Source of the DNA: Planctomycetota bacterium
GTDB taxonomy: Bacteria > Planctomycetota > UBA8108 > SXIK01
DNA: 64,000 nt
Assembly (NCBI GenBank): GCA_965223265.1
Contig: OZ244999.1
Location: forward strand, 2,336,001-2,400,000
Direction: 5' to 3'
Below are positions 1-10,726 of this stretch, piece by piece. Below the pieces are notes generated by a model. The model ran no database searches. It worked only from the letters and a program-made list of their open reading frames with translations, and was not told where the DNA came from. Both the position numbers and the translations under genes were made by a program. Every line of letters begins with the position of its first letter. Position 1 is the stretch's first letter.

Positions 1-99
1 CAGGGCGGGAAAGGAGTCGAAAAAGGAGTCGCGCTCGCTTTCGAATTGAGCTAAGTCGTCGCTCGGAACGTTTGCTGCAGTGTCGCTGGTGGTGTCCAT
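1..99 (-). CDS. Possible N-terminus of a hypothetical protein running off the window edge
   Basis: The reverse strand is open from an ATG at 99 to the edge (MDTTSDTAANVPSDDLAQFESERDSFFDSFPAL). No family is recognisable. Confidence 0.35.
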   Translation of the reverse strand, partial: MDTTSDTAANVPSDDLAQFESERDSFFDSFPAL

Positions 100-344
100 A
101 GACTCACTATTCTCTCAAACGGCAGCGGCTTTCGGAAGAGGCCGGTGCGTGACGAGAGAAACGCAGATCAGTCGATCTGCAGCGTTGCGACACACCGATG
201 GTCGTCTGTTAGGTTTGTGTAGGGCGATCGCCGCCTTTCGCCGAAGGCGTATGCACTCGCACGTCGCGTCGTTGGAAGCGCAGGCGGTCGCCCGCGGCGG
301 ATGCAGCGGATGCAAGAGACCTTTGCTAGCGAGGACGCTTTGAT

Positions 345-790
345 TACAGAGTCGGAGTCAGAAGCGGATCCGGACGGCCAGATGCAGATACAGGATACAG
401 ATCCGGATACGGGGTCAGATGCAGATACAGATACAGATACAGATCCGACAGTTGCATAAGTTTTCGCAGGAAGGGCTCAGAAACCCTTTCCCTGAGGTTC
501 GATCGGCAGTTGAAGGACGTCGCGGCGGACCTCACGTTTGGTGAGGTTGACGGTGTGCCGTGTTCCCCCTCGCCCACGCACACCCACACGCAAACGTACA
601 CGAAAACTCTCACTCAATCGCAATCGCGCACGGTCTTAAGGCGCGTCTCTTTTGCAACGTTGGGGACAGATCCGGATTGGGATTCAGACGCAGAAGCAGA
701 TCCGGATACGGATTCAGACACGCAGAGCGCCGGCGCGCCCACGCCTTCGCTTGCAAGACCGGACGGCACGCGCCCGTGCCCGCTGCTTTA
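345..790 (+). repeat. Modular mosaic intergenic repeat, copy 1
   Basis: GATACA/GATCCG/GATGCA hexamer runs flank a ~120-bp core (445-565) that recurs at 20018-20140. The CGCGTCTCTTTTGCAA module recurs near 18900 and near 20350. Confidence 0.75.
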
Positions 791-816
791 GGAGACGCCG
801 GCTCTCTTCTGCCTAG

Positions 817-975
817 CAGCCCGTTGAAAAAGTCATTCGGCCGAGAAACTGGCCTCTTCGCGCCCAGATCGATCGCGTCAATACTCGAAAATCTCGGAGA
901 TTACCTGCGTTTGCCGCGGCCGATCTGGACGCGAAGAGACCAGTTTTCGGCTCGAAGCACTTTTTCAACGGGCTG
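817..975 (+). mobile_element. 159-bp MITE, copy 1
   Basis: TIRs CAGCCCGTTGAAAAAGT / ACTTTTTCAACGGGCTG; CTAG duplicated at 813-816 and 976-979; no transposase. Confidence 0.9.
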
Positions 976-1761
976 CTAGGCGTCCTTCCCGGGAAACAGA
1001 GGATGCGATCGCAGTACGCGAGGTAAGAGCTTTGGGTTGATTCGCCTCGTCTCGCGCCAGTTCCACTTTGCTCGGGCGCATAAGTCCTTCGTCGCCGGGG
1101 TCCACTCAAGCCATTTTCTCTCGTACCAGTCTGCAGGCAGTTCGTGGGCGTGACTGTACGTGTTGATCTTTTCATACATGCGTTCGTCTGAAAGGACCCA
1201 ACCGAAATGCCAGAAAAAGAGTTCCTTAGGTAACTGCACGTCTGGGATTTCTATCGTGCGTCCTCGTTCGAACGAATCGATCGCATCTGTCCTGTAGCAT
1301 ACGTTGTGCCACAGGTCGTCTGCGATGATTTCGTAGTCCATGCGCCTAAAGAGATTACGGTAGCGACAGCGGAAACGGTTGTGATGCTTCTGGGTCACGA
1401 TTCTGCTCTTGATCTCCTGCAGCATTCCATCTGCATACAACTCGTCGGCGTCGAGGACGTACGTGTAGTCGATGCCCCAGCGCTTGAAGAGGTCCAACGC
1501 TTCCGTGCGCATAGCCTCTTCGGAGTCCCAACGACCTTCAACGACGTGGATGTGAGGATTCTCTTTCGCGTGTCGTAGAACGATCTCGCGAGACCCATCG
1601 TCGCCGCCAAAGTGCCGTCTTGCCTCGACGTTGTACTTGACGAACGGCACATCTGTATGCATGCAAACGATCACATCGAACTGATCGGCTGCAGTCTGAA
1701 GACAGTAGTCGATATAGTCGACCTGGCGGTAAGCCAGGACAATCGCACCGAACGTTGCCAT
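976..1761 (-). CDS. GT-A fold (family 2-like) glycosyltransferase
   Basis: N-terminal AIVLAY strand, VLDADE DxD motif and a C-terminal WHFGW..EKI segment typical of GT2-like enzymes. Its stop codon lies within the MITE target duplication. Confidence 0.75.
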   Translation of the reverse strand: MATFGAIVLAYRQVDYIDYCLQTAADQFDVIVCMHTDVPFVKYNVEARRHFGGDDGSREIVLRHAKENPHIHVVEGRWDSEEAMRTEALDLFKRWGIDYTYVLDADELYADGMLQEIKSRIVTQKHHNRFRCRYRNLFRRMDYEIIADDLWHNVCYRTDAIDSFERGRTIEIPDVQLPKELFFWHFGWVLSDERMYEKINTYSHAHELPADWYERKWLEWTPATKDLCARAKWNWRETRRINPKLLPRVLRSHPLFPGKDA

Positions 1762-1765
1762 GTCG

Positions 1766-2527
1766 TCAGCTGCCTGCCCCCTCGGCGGCGACCTCTTCGA
1801 AGTCGGTGAAGCCCCAAAAGCGAGCTGCCCACTCCGAGTAGGCTTTCCGTTCGTCAGGGTGCATCCTTTTGGCGTATCGCTGCCAAAACGCGAGTAGGCC
1901 ATTGCGGTTGGCCGCGGAGCCGGGTGTTGAGAGTCGAGGGCCATCGTGCGTGCGAAAGATGACTGTGCGAGTCGGAATGCCCAAGTACTTCTCGTCACTG
2001 TCCGCCAGTCGAATCCCAAGATCCAAGTCGTTCATCGCCGGAAACTTCGAGTCGAATCCGCCAACGCGATGAAACGCCGCCGCCGCGATCGTCAGGTTCG
2101 ATCCCCGCAGTCCTGGATTGCGACACAGGAAGCGCTCAAACTCCAGTCTCTCCGGAGCGATCAAGCCTGCATGCATACCCGTCGCGTCGAGGTCCCAGAA
2201 ACTGGTACACACGACAGAGGCGCCGCTACTTTCGATGCCTCGCCTGACGCAGTCGAGATGGGTCTCGAGCCAAGTGTCGTCGTCATCGAGGAAGGAGATG
2301 TATTCTGACGTCGCTGCCTTGGCGCCTATGTTTCGGGCCGTGCAAGGATTCTCTCGACCACCAGTCCAGACGCATCGCACATTCGAGGAGGGGGGAGGCG
2401 GCGCTTCTTGGGTGTCATAGACGACAACCACTTCGTCGGCCGGGGAGATCTGACGTTCGATTGAATCGAGCGCGGCAGCCAGTGTTGGGCGACCGGTTGT
2501 TGTTACGATCACCGAAATCGTCGTCAT
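1766..2527 (-). CDS. Family 2 glycosyltransferase
   Basis: ISVIVTT start, ARNIG, ISFLDDDD and GGFD..DLDL motifs. Confidence 0.9.
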   Translation of the reverse strand: MTTISVIVTTTGRPTLAAALDSIERQISPADEVVVVYDTQEAPPPPSSNVRCVWTGGRENPCTARNIGAKAATSEYISFLDDDDTWLETHLDCVRRGIESSGASVVCTSFWDLDATGMHAGLIAPERLEFERFLCRNPGLRGSNLTIAAAAFHRVGGFDSKFPAMNDLDLGIRLADSDEKYLGIPTRTVIFRTHDGPRLSTPGSAANRNGLLAFWQRYAKRMHPDERKAYSEWAARFWGFTDFEEVAAEGAGS

Positions 2528-2638
2528 CTCGCAGACCCAAAGTGTTCACCACGTTGGCTAAGTATAGAACGTTGTCCTGCGACGACAAAGAGGATAGCAT
2601 CTCGTACGCGTTCGCAGTGAGAGAACCTGCTCCCCTAT

Positions 2639-2797
2639 CAGCCCGTTGAAAAAGTCATTCGGCCGAGAAACTGGCCTCTTCACGCCCAGATCGACCGCGG
2701 CGAGCCTCGAAAATCTCGGAGATTACCTACGTTCGCCGCGGTCGATCTGGACGCGAAGCGACCAGTTTTCGACTCGAAGCACTTTTTCAACAGGCTG
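2639..2797 (+). mobile_element. 159-bp MITE, copy 2
   Basis: Same TIRs and body as 817-975; CTAT duplicated at 2635-2638 and 2798-2801. Confidence 0.9.
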
Positions 2798-2976
2798 CTA
2801 TGCGGCGAAGTCGACGGGAAGCTGCAGGTTTCCCATCGCGAGCTTGGAAGCGTGTAAGGTAGGGTCGTGAGAGAGCGGTCCAGATGGGGCCATCAGGGGA
2901 GGTTTGCGTGGCGACCAAACGGAGCTGTCGTACCCGACTGCCGCTACCATTCGGCAAACGTTTGATCTAGTCGCGA

Positions 2977-3095
2977 TGCAAATACGTGCTGTGTTTTTTG
3001 GTACGCTTCCTCCGCACCAGGGGGGAGCCCCTCTCAGTTTGGCGCAGATCCTGTGCGGAATTGCGCGGGCCGGACATGACGTTCGACGCGATGTA
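2977..3095 (+). pseudogene. N-terminal fragment of a GT-B (family 4-like) glycosyltransferase
   Basis: MQIRAVFFGTLPPHQGGAPLSLAQILCGIARAGHDV resembles a GT4 N-terminus. The frame then runs into the convergent gene. Confidence 0.55.
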
Positions 3096-3135
3096 CTCCA
3101 GGCGGTGATGCGTGTTCAGACGACACGGCGCTCCG

Positions 3136-6100
3136 CTAACGACGACTCGGTGCCGTCGATTCGAGGAAGTCGCAGAGAAGATTCAGGTGGCGCACGAAGG
3201 TCCTTATGTGGAATTGCTCACCGTCCAACCATCGTCCCCTGCGATCGAGGGAGGCGGCGAGTTCCTTCACGCGTGATTCGAGGCGTGCAGCACGGCGGGC
3301 ATGAAAATGCGGCGTTAGATGTTCTTCGCGGGCCTTGAGGATGGATTCGCGACTTCGCGATTGGAGTTCGCGGTAGCGCTTGATCGCTGCGTCGATTCCG
3401 TAGCCTCCCTGCCAGCCGTAGCTTCTGCGTTCGCGATCGCTGATCTCGAAGATGCTGTAAAACGTCTGCCGCGGCGATTCGCGATCGCCGTAGATGGCTC
3501 TATTCGTGCCGACCTCGTAGAGCCGAGCCCAAACGCGCGACGTGTCGCCGCGGCGGCGGCGGATTCGTTCCACCGCGACGTCCGCTAACGCGAGTTTTGA
3601 GCTCTCAAGCCACTCGATCGCTGGTGGAATCGGCGCCAAGAACTTCGAAGAACCGGTCTGCAGGTAGAGCTCGACGAGGGTGCCGATATTTTGCGCCGTC
3701 ACCTGACTGCAAACACCCGCCGGCTCAAACGAGCGGGCCGCCGCTGGACGCCCGTCGTGCGAGTACTGCTGCGCCCAACCTGCCTGAGGCGACGGCAACT
3801 GCGATGCGATGATGAACTCACCTGCCCGCCGGGCTGCCGTCAGGTAGCGACCGGTGCCGTACTGCTTCTCTGCTGCCAGCAGCACAACGATGCAGTCGTT
3901 GATCGCCCGATCGTTGAACGTGTAGTAATCGTGATAGCCACCGCGCAGCGGATACCACTGCGGCCAAGCGCCATTGGGAAACTGAGCCTTGAGGAGAAAA
4001 TCCAGCCCAAGTCGAATCGATTCTTGAAGCCACGGCGCGTCGATCGTCGTGTCGAGGTCCATGAGAAATTGAAGGGCGCCCTGCGTGATGCGGTCGTCGA
4101 GCGTCCCGTGGCCACTTTGACGCGCGACACGGACCGACTGATCGATGCCCTCGGCTTCGACGCTCTCGGGCATGTGCGCGAGATCGGCGCGGTGGTCCCA
4201 GCCACCATGCTCCCTTTGTCCCCAAGCGAGCGCGCGCCCGGCGCCGCGCGCCGCGGCGAGATATCTGCTGTCGTTCGTCGTTCGGTAAAGGCGCAGGAAG
4301 GCCTCTCCGACGCTCGGAGTTCCAGGCGGCTGGACCCAGATTTCGGTGGCCGTGGCCTTCTCGTATGGTCCTTCGCCGAAACGCTCCTTGAGATCGAGCG
4401 AGTACGTGCCGGCGAAGCCACCGCGTGTCGAAATGGAACTCAGAAATCGTGTCGCCCGGGTCGCTGTTTCCATCGCTTCGGCGCGCAGCGTCGCGGCTCG
4501 TTTCTGGCGCTCTCTGTGAATGCGCTCGCCTTCGGGGGCGGCGGACGTGTCCTGCGGCGTGGCGTTGAGAAATGCCGCCATCTCGGTCGCGGCGAGGAGC
4601 GCCATGGCGCCGCCGCGCGGATCAGGTCCGAGTATGGCGCGGCGGTTGAAGTAGGCGGCGAGGCCTTTTTGTTTGCCGGTGCCGGTGCAGACATCGACGA
4701 GACTGCCGTCAGCTGCGACGCGCAGCTTGATCGCCCGCCACGAGCGTTCGATCACTGGGGTGTAGACGGCTCGATCGAGCCAGCCGCGCCGGATGCCGCG
4801 CAGCAGCGCGAACGTGATCATGCATGTCGAGCTGAGTTCACGATAGCTCGCTGGGACATCGATGACCTGATGCCAGGCTCCACTCGCGTCCTGGTGACGA
4901 ACGAGCGCTTGCATGTGGTCACGAAACGCCGCCAGCATCTCTTCACGGCCGCTGAAGCTCAGCGGTAGCGCTTCGAGGGAGAGAGCCAATCCAAGCGCTG
5001 GAAACCCGTTGCCGCGGCCCCACGCGGCCTGATCGAGCGGCGAGTGGCGGTGCAGGCCATCGGCGCGTAGATTGAGCTCGAGCATGAAGCGCATGTGTCG
5101 CAGACACATGTCGAAATACTTTTGATCGCCCGTCAGGCGACCGACTTCTGCCAAGATCGGGCAGCCCATGAAGACGGCATCGCTCATCTCGCTGTGAGCC
5201 GGCATAGCCTTGTGGGGCGTGCCGTCCGCATTGAATCCTAGATCAGCGGCGCGCCGTGCCAGGTCGATATAAGCCGCGTCGCCCGTCAGCCGCGTCAGCT
5301 CGGCGAACACCAAGTGGCCAGAGAGATGGCTCCCCGAGACCCGGTCGGGGAGCGTCGGGGTGCGGTGCGCGCGATAGGGGTCCACGATGCGGACGACGTC
5401 TCTCAGATGGCGCGGATTTCCCGTCAGCTCCCCGAGCCGAAGGCGACCGATGAGGGCGACCGCAGGAATGTAGGCGACCGAATCGAGCGCGTGCCCGTAG
5501 CGTCGCGACAGCTGCTTGGCGATCTCGAGGGGACTGCGGTCGAGACGCCAATCGAGCTCGGTGCGGGCTGCAGAAGGACCGCGGAAGTCGGCGGCCGTGA
5601 GCGACTCGAGGAGACGGGACAGAGCCTCGTGCGGGGCTGCGGCGGAGACCTCAAGCCGGACGCCAGGAATCGTACCCGTGGCGCACGGCGTCGACGTCAC
5701 GAGAGCTGCGATGAGGCCTGTGGACGATTTCAGGTCGGCGCTGAAGGCAGCGCTGTCGCGCAGCCGCTGGAGGCCGCGGTGGCGAGTGGACGGCGGCACG
5801 AGCAAGGTGGGCTCGCCGTTTGAGAGGGTGCTGATCTCGATGACCAGATCGGGCGCATGCATGCCGATCCAGCGCCACAGGTACGCGGCTCCGGGCACCG
5901 TGGCATTCCCATAAGCGACGCCAGTGGGCGGGAAGTCGACGGCGACGGGAGCTTTTCGATCGCCGTCGATCGCAAGCCGTGCGGGCGGGAAGATCGTCGG
6001 CACGGCGGCAATCGAGAACCGTTGCTGCAAGGTCGCCGCACGGTCACTCGTGGCCCACCAGGCGAGACAGGCGACCGTCGCCGCCGTCGAGTCTTCCACC

Positions 6101-6375
6101 CGATCGAGGGCGCCGACCAGGAGAAGACGCGTGCGGTCTGTCTCGAGATCGTCCCCGTCTGCACCGAGGAAGGCGACGATCGGCATGTGCTCAGCGGTCA
6201 GCCCGATCGGCGTGGGGGTCCAGCCGGGGATCGATACCCCGCTGAAATCCTCGGTCGGGACGCCTTCAGCCGCTCGCAGAAGCGGCGGCGTCGGGTCACT
6301 CCACACAAGCGCGAAGAGCGCTGCGCCTATGAGCGCCCTCGTTCGTACTGGTCGCCAGGTTTGGGGGGCTTTCAT
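3136..6375 (-). CDS. Secreted fusion: M14-like domain + GH88/GH105 unsaturated glycuronyl hydrolase + PL10 pectate lyase
   Basis: Signal peptide; WRWIGMHAPDLVIE (M14-like). SDAVFM, WGRGNGF, E.SSTCM and DVCTGTG indicate GH105/88. TLDDRIT, AQFPNGAWPQWYP, TFND and WAQQY..PAAARSFEP indicate PelA/PL10. Confidence 0.85.
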   Translation of the reverse strand: MKAPQTWRPVRTRALIGAALFALVWSDPTPPLLRAAEGVPTEDFSGVSIPGWTPTPIGLTAEHMPIVAFLGADGDDLETDRTRLLLVGALDRVEDSTAATVACLAWWATSDRAATLQQRFSIAAVPTIFPPARLAIDGDRKAPVAVDFPPTGVAYGNATVPGAAYLWRWIGMHAPDLVIEISTLSNGEPTLLVPPSTRHRGLQRLRDSAAFSADLKSSTGLIAALVTSTPCATGTIPGVRLEVSAAAPHEALSRLLESLTAADFRGPSAARTELDWRLDRSPLEIAKQLSRRYGHALDSVAYIPAVALIGRLRLGELTGNPRHLRDVVRIVDPYRAHRTPTLPDRVSGSHLSGHLVFAELTRLTGDAAYIDLARRAADLGFNADGTPHKAMPAHSEMSDAVFMGCPILAEVGRLTGDQKYFDMCLRHMRFMLELNLRADGLHRHSPLDQAAWGRGNGFPALGLALSLEALPLSFSGREEMLAAFRDHMQALVRHQDASGAWHQVIDVPASYRELSSTCMITFALLRGIRRGWLDRAVYTPVIERSWRAIKLRVAADGSLVDVCTGTGKQKGLAAYFNRRAILGPDPRGGAMALLAATEMAAFLNATPQDTSAAPEGERIHRERQKRAATLRAEAMETATRATRFLSSISTRGGFAGTYSLDLKERFGEGPYEKATATEIWVQPPGTPSVGEAFLRLYRTTNDSRYLAAARGAGRALAWGQREHGGWDHRADLAHMPESVEAEGIDQSVRVARQSGHGTLDDRITQGALQFLMDLDTTIDAPWLQESIRLGLDFLLKAQFPNGAWPQWYPLRGGYHDYYTFNDRAINDCIVVLLAAEKQYGTGRYLTAARRAGEFIIASQLPSPQAGWAQQYSHDGRPAAARSFEPAGVCSQVTAQNIGTLVELYLQTGSSKFLAPIPPAIEWLESSKLALADVAVERIRRRRGDTSRVWARLYEVGTNRAIYGDRESPRQTFYSIFEISDRERRSYGWQGGYGIDAAIKRYRELQSRSRESILKAREEHLTPHFHARRAARLESRVKELAASLDRRGRWLDGEQFHIRTFVRHLNLLCDFLESTAPSRR

Positions 6376-6668
6376 CGTCGGCTCGTCTCCTCGAGAGAGG
6401 TTCAGGGGCTGTTTGGGTGTGACTCTTCAGCCTCCAGCAGCCTGCAGGCGATCCTGCCGCAAGCAACCCAGATCGTCGTCGTACCCCCCGCGATTAGGAG
6501 CGATGTGTGCCCGCGGGTCAACTCCCAGGGCCACGCGGCCGTGCTGGTGGATTCCGCGTGCCCTCGGTTTTTCCGGTCACACGCCGTTTCAGATCCCGTC
6601 CGAATCCATGAGAGCTCGAAACGGCGAGCTCAAGCCAAACGCGAACCCCAAGCACTCGGAGGAATCCC

Positions 6669-8375
6669 ATGAAGCGTTCGACCAACCACTCGATCCTGAT
6701 CGCAATCGCGCTCTTCTCCCTCGCCGCCTCGTCACTGCTTCCGGCGAGCGAGAAGTGTCCGTTGAGCTCATCTGAGTTTCTGATCTGCGACGTCAAGCTG
6801 AGCCAGGTGGAGGGAAAGCTGATGCATCGCAGCCCAGTGACGATTTGGTTCAACTACCTCGTCGGACGATCGTATCCGGTCAAAGTGATCGCGGAGCCGT
6901 ACTCGAACGGTGCGCCAACGCCGAACGGCTATTCGTCAGAGGTCGAACTGCCCGCGGGGAAGGAAGGAGCCGGTGCGCTGACGATCTCCGTCCTCTCGGG
7001 TATCGCCACGGTCGACGAAATCCGGCTTCGCGTCACAGATCCGAAGGGCGGCGTGCTGGCCAAGACATCTCTCGTCGTCAAGCTCCACTACGGTGACGAC
7101 CCACCAGCGATCGTTCAGGTCCGTCTCTTGTCGAAGTCTCCCGACTGTCTCGCCAATGGTGTGGGCGCTTCGCTTGAGGTTGACTATCGAACCAACGAGG
7201 TCGTTGACATCTTCGCCTTGCCGCTAACAAACGGTGAGATCACGCCCTACGCGACGACCGGTAGTCCGGACGGCAGCCTCGAGGTCGATCCAGGAACTGG
7301 CACCGTGCAGCGCGCCTTTAGCGTCAGCCAGGGAGATGCGAAAGTCGACGCCATCCGCGTCGTGATGAGGTCGCAGAAGTCAGGTGATGAGATTGCGACG
7401 AAGGAAATCCCTGTCCAGTTTCGCTTCGGTGACTGTCGGCCGAGGCTCTTCGACGTTCGGTTGCGTGACGAAACAGCAGGCTGCCTCGACAGCGGCGAGT
7501 ACGTCTATGTCGATTTCAGCTATCTGTCTCACGAGCCAGTCATTGTGGTTGCCCAGCCGCACTTCGGATCCGAAAAAGTCCCTGCAGCGGCGTCGATTCA
7601 TGACTACCCTGCTGAGGAGAGTGCTGGCGAGGCCTGGTTCAACGCCTCGTCCACCCAGTTTATCGACCGCGTCGTCGTCAATATGTACTCCCTGGACACG
7701 AGAGAACTTCTTGATAGCGTCACCGTGCGCGTCAACTTGCGCTTTGGCGCCTGCCATGCCTTCAAGGCGGTGTCCGCGGATCCTGCGCCAGGGGGCGACT
7801 GTCTTGAGGCCGGCGACTTGGTGAAGATCAAGCTTCTCTACTGGTCGCCCGAAGCGGTCCGCGTCGTCGCCATTCCCCTGACGGGAAAAGAGCTCACACC
7901 GAACGCCCGCTCGTACACCGAGACTTTCCCAGCTGGGCTCGGCGAGGGCGAGACTGGTTTCACGGTGATGCTGCCGGCGAAAACGAACTACGTGCTGATC
8001 CGGGTCATGGATCACGCCATGGAGAACGTGATCTTGGAGCAGGCATATGTCGCTGACTATGAGTTCGGTTGTGGTTACGAGCATCCTGCCGCGTACTTCG
8101 TCCGGGGTGAAGTCAACGCCGACGGAGATATCGATATGAGCGACGCGCTGTTCACGCTGTCAGCCCTTTTCACCAAGAATGCTGCTCAACCAAAGTGCTA
8201 CAAGGCCGCTGATATCAATGACGACGGCGGCATCGACATTGCGGATCCGGTTGCCCTGCTCAACTACCTCTTCGTGCGCTACTCGCCACCACCGGCCGAC
8301 CCGTTCAAGGAGTGCGGCCAAGATCCCACGCCCGATCAGTTGACCTGCGAGGGTGCAACGGTGTGCGAGAGATAA
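6669..8375 (+). CDS. Secreted protein with four tandem beta-rich repeats and a C-terminal dockerin
   Basis: Signal peptide; ~105-aa repeats, the last three of the form CL..G...FG(x)C; C-terminal FVRGEVNADGDIDMSD / DINDDGGIDIAD followed by a PPP..C..DPT..C tail. Confidence 0.8.
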   Translation: MKRSTNHSILIAIALFSLAASSLLPASEKCPLSSSEFLICDVKLSQVEGKLMHRSPVTIWFNYLVGRSYPVKVIAEPYSNGAPTPNGYSSEVELPAGKEGAGALTISVLSGIATVDEIRLRVTDPKGGVLAKTSLVVKLHYGDDPPAIVQVRLLSKSPDCLANGVGASLEVDYRTNEVVDIFALPLTNGEITPYATTGSPDGSLEVDPGTGTVQRAFSVSQGDAKVDAIRVVMRSQKSGDEIATKEIPVQFRFGDCRPRLFDVRLRDETAGCLDSGEYVYVDFSYLSHEPVIVVAQPHFGSEKVPAAASIHDYPAEESAGEAWFNASSTQFIDRVVVNMYSLDTRELLDSVTVRVNLRFGACHAFKAVSADPAPGGDCLEAGDLVKIKLLYWSPEAVRVVAIPLTGKELTPNARSYTETFPAGLGEGETGFTVMLPAKTNYVLIRVMDHAMENVILEQAYVADYEFGCGYEHPAAYFVRGEVNADGDIDMSDALFTLSALFTKNAAQPKCYKAADINDDGGIDIADPVALLNYLFVRYSPPPADPFKECGQDPTPDQLTCEGATVCER

Positions 8376-8402
8376 ACTTTGCGAACCGACCTGACTGAAC
8401 GG

Positions 8403-8438
8403 GAGCCCCTCGACGACTCGTCGCAGGGGCTCTTTTTT
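8403..8438 (+). terminator. Intrinsic terminator
   Basis: GAGCCCCT...AGGGGCTC stem followed by a T-tract downstream of 6669-8375. Confidence 0.75.
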
Positions 8439-8638
8439 ACTTTGCGCTCTTCTGGACGGCGAGTACAGCGGCACGGGCGATCTGCCGGGAGCGGTACGAA
8501 AGACCAATTCTCGACGGCTGTCAGATTGCAACCGCACCGTCAAAGCGCTGACATGGACCCAGTGGAGTCCGGAGACCGAAGCGAGTATAGTTCGTGACAG
8601 TTCTCTCGACACTGAGACTAAGAACCCAGGAGCTCACC

Positions 8639-9247
8639 TTGGAAACTCTCGAAGCGATTCGTGGCCGTCGAGCCGTCAAGCACTTCGATCCCAATCATCA
8701 AATCAGCGAAGCGGACGAACGAAAGCTACTGGAGGCGGCGATCCAGTCACCGACGTCATTCAACATCCAACACTGGCGGTTCGTGATCGTGCGCGACCCG
8801 GAGCTGCGCAAGGAGATCCGCGCCAACGGCAACGACCAGGCCCAGATGACCGACGCGTCGCTTCTGATCGTCATGACCGCGGATATCTCGGCTTGGAAGA
8901 AAGACCCCGCCCGCTACTGGCGTAACGCTCCGAAGGAGGTTGCGGATCTTCTCGTCGGCTGGATGGGGCCGTTTCACGAGGGCAAGGAGCAGCTCCAGCG
9001 CGACGAGGCGCAGCGTTCGATCGGGATGGCGATGCAGACACTGATGCTCGCGGCGAAGTCCATGGGCTACGAGTCGTGCCCGATGATTGGCTTCGATCAT
9101 GAGGCGGTCGCCAAGCTGATCCGTCTGCCTGCGGATCACTGTATTGGCCCGATGGTGGCGATCGGCAAGGGCACGAAGGATCCATGGCCGAAGCCCGGGC
9201 AACTGCCGCTCGGTGAGGTCGTCGTTGAAAATCGGTTTCCTGCATAA
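8639..9247 (+). CDS. Nitroreductase family protein
   Basis: AIRGRRAVKHF, SPTSFNIQHWRF and SCPMIGFD motifs; TTG start after an AGGAG RBS. Confidence 0.92.
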   Translation: METLEAIRGRRAVKHFDPNHQISEADERKLLEAAIQSPTSFNIQHWRFVIVRDPELRKEIRANGNDQAQMTDASLLIVMTADISAWKKDPARYWRNAPKEVADLLVGWMGPFHEGKEQLQRDEAQRSIGMAMQTLMLAAKSMGYESCPMIGFDHEAVAKLIRLPADHCIGPMVAIGKGTKDPWPKPGQLPLGEVVVENRFPA

Positions 9248-9355
9248 TCGCGCGGGGTTTTGCTCGAGACGGCGACAACAGGCGCGCGGCAAGCGCGGCT
9301 TGGAGGAAGATCGATACGTTCTACCACGAGAGGGATAGAAGACTAGAGGAGTCCG

Positions 9356-10645
9356 ATGACTGAAGAACGCCAATTCGCCCTTGAAACGCAGGTTCTCCAC
9401 GCCGGGCAGGAGGAAGCCGATTCCGCGACCAATGCTCGCGCTGTGCCGATCTACCAGACGACGTCGTTTGTATTCGACAGCGCGGAGCACGCGGCCAACC
9501 TTTTTCAGCTCAAAGAGTTTGGCAACATTTACTCGCGCATCATGAATCCGACGCAGGCGGTTCTCGAGCAGCGTCTCGCTGCGATCGAGGGAGGCGTCGG
9601 GGCGCTGGCGTTGGCGTCGGGACAGGCGGCAGAGACCCTGACAATGTTCACGCTCATGAGCGCTGGTGACCACCTCGTCTCATCGACCGCGCTCTATGGA
9701 GGAACGTACATCCTCTTCAAAAACGTCCTGCCGAAACATGGCATCGATGTCACATTCGTGGACCAATCGGACCCAGAGAACTTCCGCGCCGCGATCAATG
9801 AGCGCACCCGATGCGTCTACGCTGAAACGATCGGCAACCCCGAAGGAAACGTGCTCGATATCGAGGCGGTTGCAGACATCGCGCACGCGCAGAATCTTCC
9901 TTTTGTGATCGACAATACGTTCGCCACACCGTGCCTCTGTAAGCCGTTCGACTACGGCGCCGACATCGTCGTCCACTCATGCACCAAGTGGATCGGTGGG
10001 CACGGAACGACGATCGGTGGGGCGATTGTCGACTCTGGAAAGTTCGACTGGAAGGCGAGTGGCAAGTTCTCCGAGTTCCACAGCCCAGACCCTGGCTATC
10101 ACGGACTCAATTTCTGGGAGACCTTCGGACCGCTGACCTTCATCCTCCGCGCCCGCGTCAGCTCGCTCAGGCCGATGGGATCATGTATTGCGCCAATGAA
10201 TGCTTTCTTGCTTTTGCAAGGGCTGGAGTCGTTGCCGCTGCGCATGGAGCGTCACATCGAGAACACTTTGGCGCTCGTCAAGCATCTCGAGGCGCACGAG
10301 AAGGTCACGTGGGTGCGTCATGCTTCGACTCCGGGAAACCCGAACTTCGAAGTGGCGAAGAAGTACACGCCGAAGGGAGCTGGCTCGGTGCTGACGTTTG
10401 GGATCAAAGGTGGCCAGGAGGCGGCGCTGCGCTTTACGGAAAACGTCAAACTCTGTTCGCACCTGGCCAACGTCGGGGATGCGAAGACATTGGTGCTCTA
10501 TCCGGCCGCAACGAGCCACCAGCAACTGACCGATGAGGAGCGCCTGGCGGCCGGGATCCCACCCGATCTCATTCGCATCTCGGTTGGCATCGAGCACATC
10601 GACGACATCATCTGGGACATCGATCAAGCACTTGCGCAGGCCTGA
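9356..10645 (+). CDS. metY: O-acetylhomoserine aminocarboxypropyltransferase (sulfhydrylase)
   Basis: [24 protein letters not shown], the PLP lysine in [11 protein letters not shown], and HLANVGDAK. Confidence 0.93.
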   Translation: MTEERQFALETQVLHAGQEEADSATNARAVPIYQTTSFVFDSAEHAANLFQLKEFGNIYSRIMNPTQAVLEQRLAAIEGGVGALALASGQAAETLTMFTLMSAGDHLVSSTALYGGTYILFKNVLPKHGIDVTFVDQSDPENFRAAINERTRCVYAETIGNPEGNVLDIEAVADIAHAQNLPFVIDNTFATPCLCKPFDYGADIVVHSCTKWIGGHGTTIGGAIVDSGKFDWKASGKFSEFHSPDPGYHGLNFWETFGPLTFILRARVSSLRPMGSCIAPMNAFLLLQGLESLPLRMERHIENTLALVKHLEAHEKVTWVRHASTPGNPNFEVAKKYTPKGAGSVLTFGIKGGQEAALRFTENVKLCSHLANVGDAKTLVLYPAATSHQQLTDEERLAAGIPPDLIRISVGIEHIDDIIWDIDQALAQA

Positions 10646-10726
10646 CGGGCACGCTCGAGTTCAGCCGTTCGCTGTCATGTGGCAGGCACACGCCGAGGCC
10701 GTGAAGTTTTTGGAACGTTCCAGCTG

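Noticed and set aside
345-450. Possible CRISPR array or coding repeat in the GATACA runs
   Set aside because: The period is 6 bp with no unique spacers and no cas genes; the ORFs across it are low-complexity translations.
3691-4968. 425-aa plus-strand ORF and similar long shadow ORFs elsewhere
   Set aside because: They are antisense to well-supported genes, which is expected in high-GC DNA.
8440-9355. SAM or other riboswitch upstream of the nitroreductase or metY
   Set aside because: I could not find SAM-I or SAM-II consensus elements by eye; an Rfam scan would be needed.
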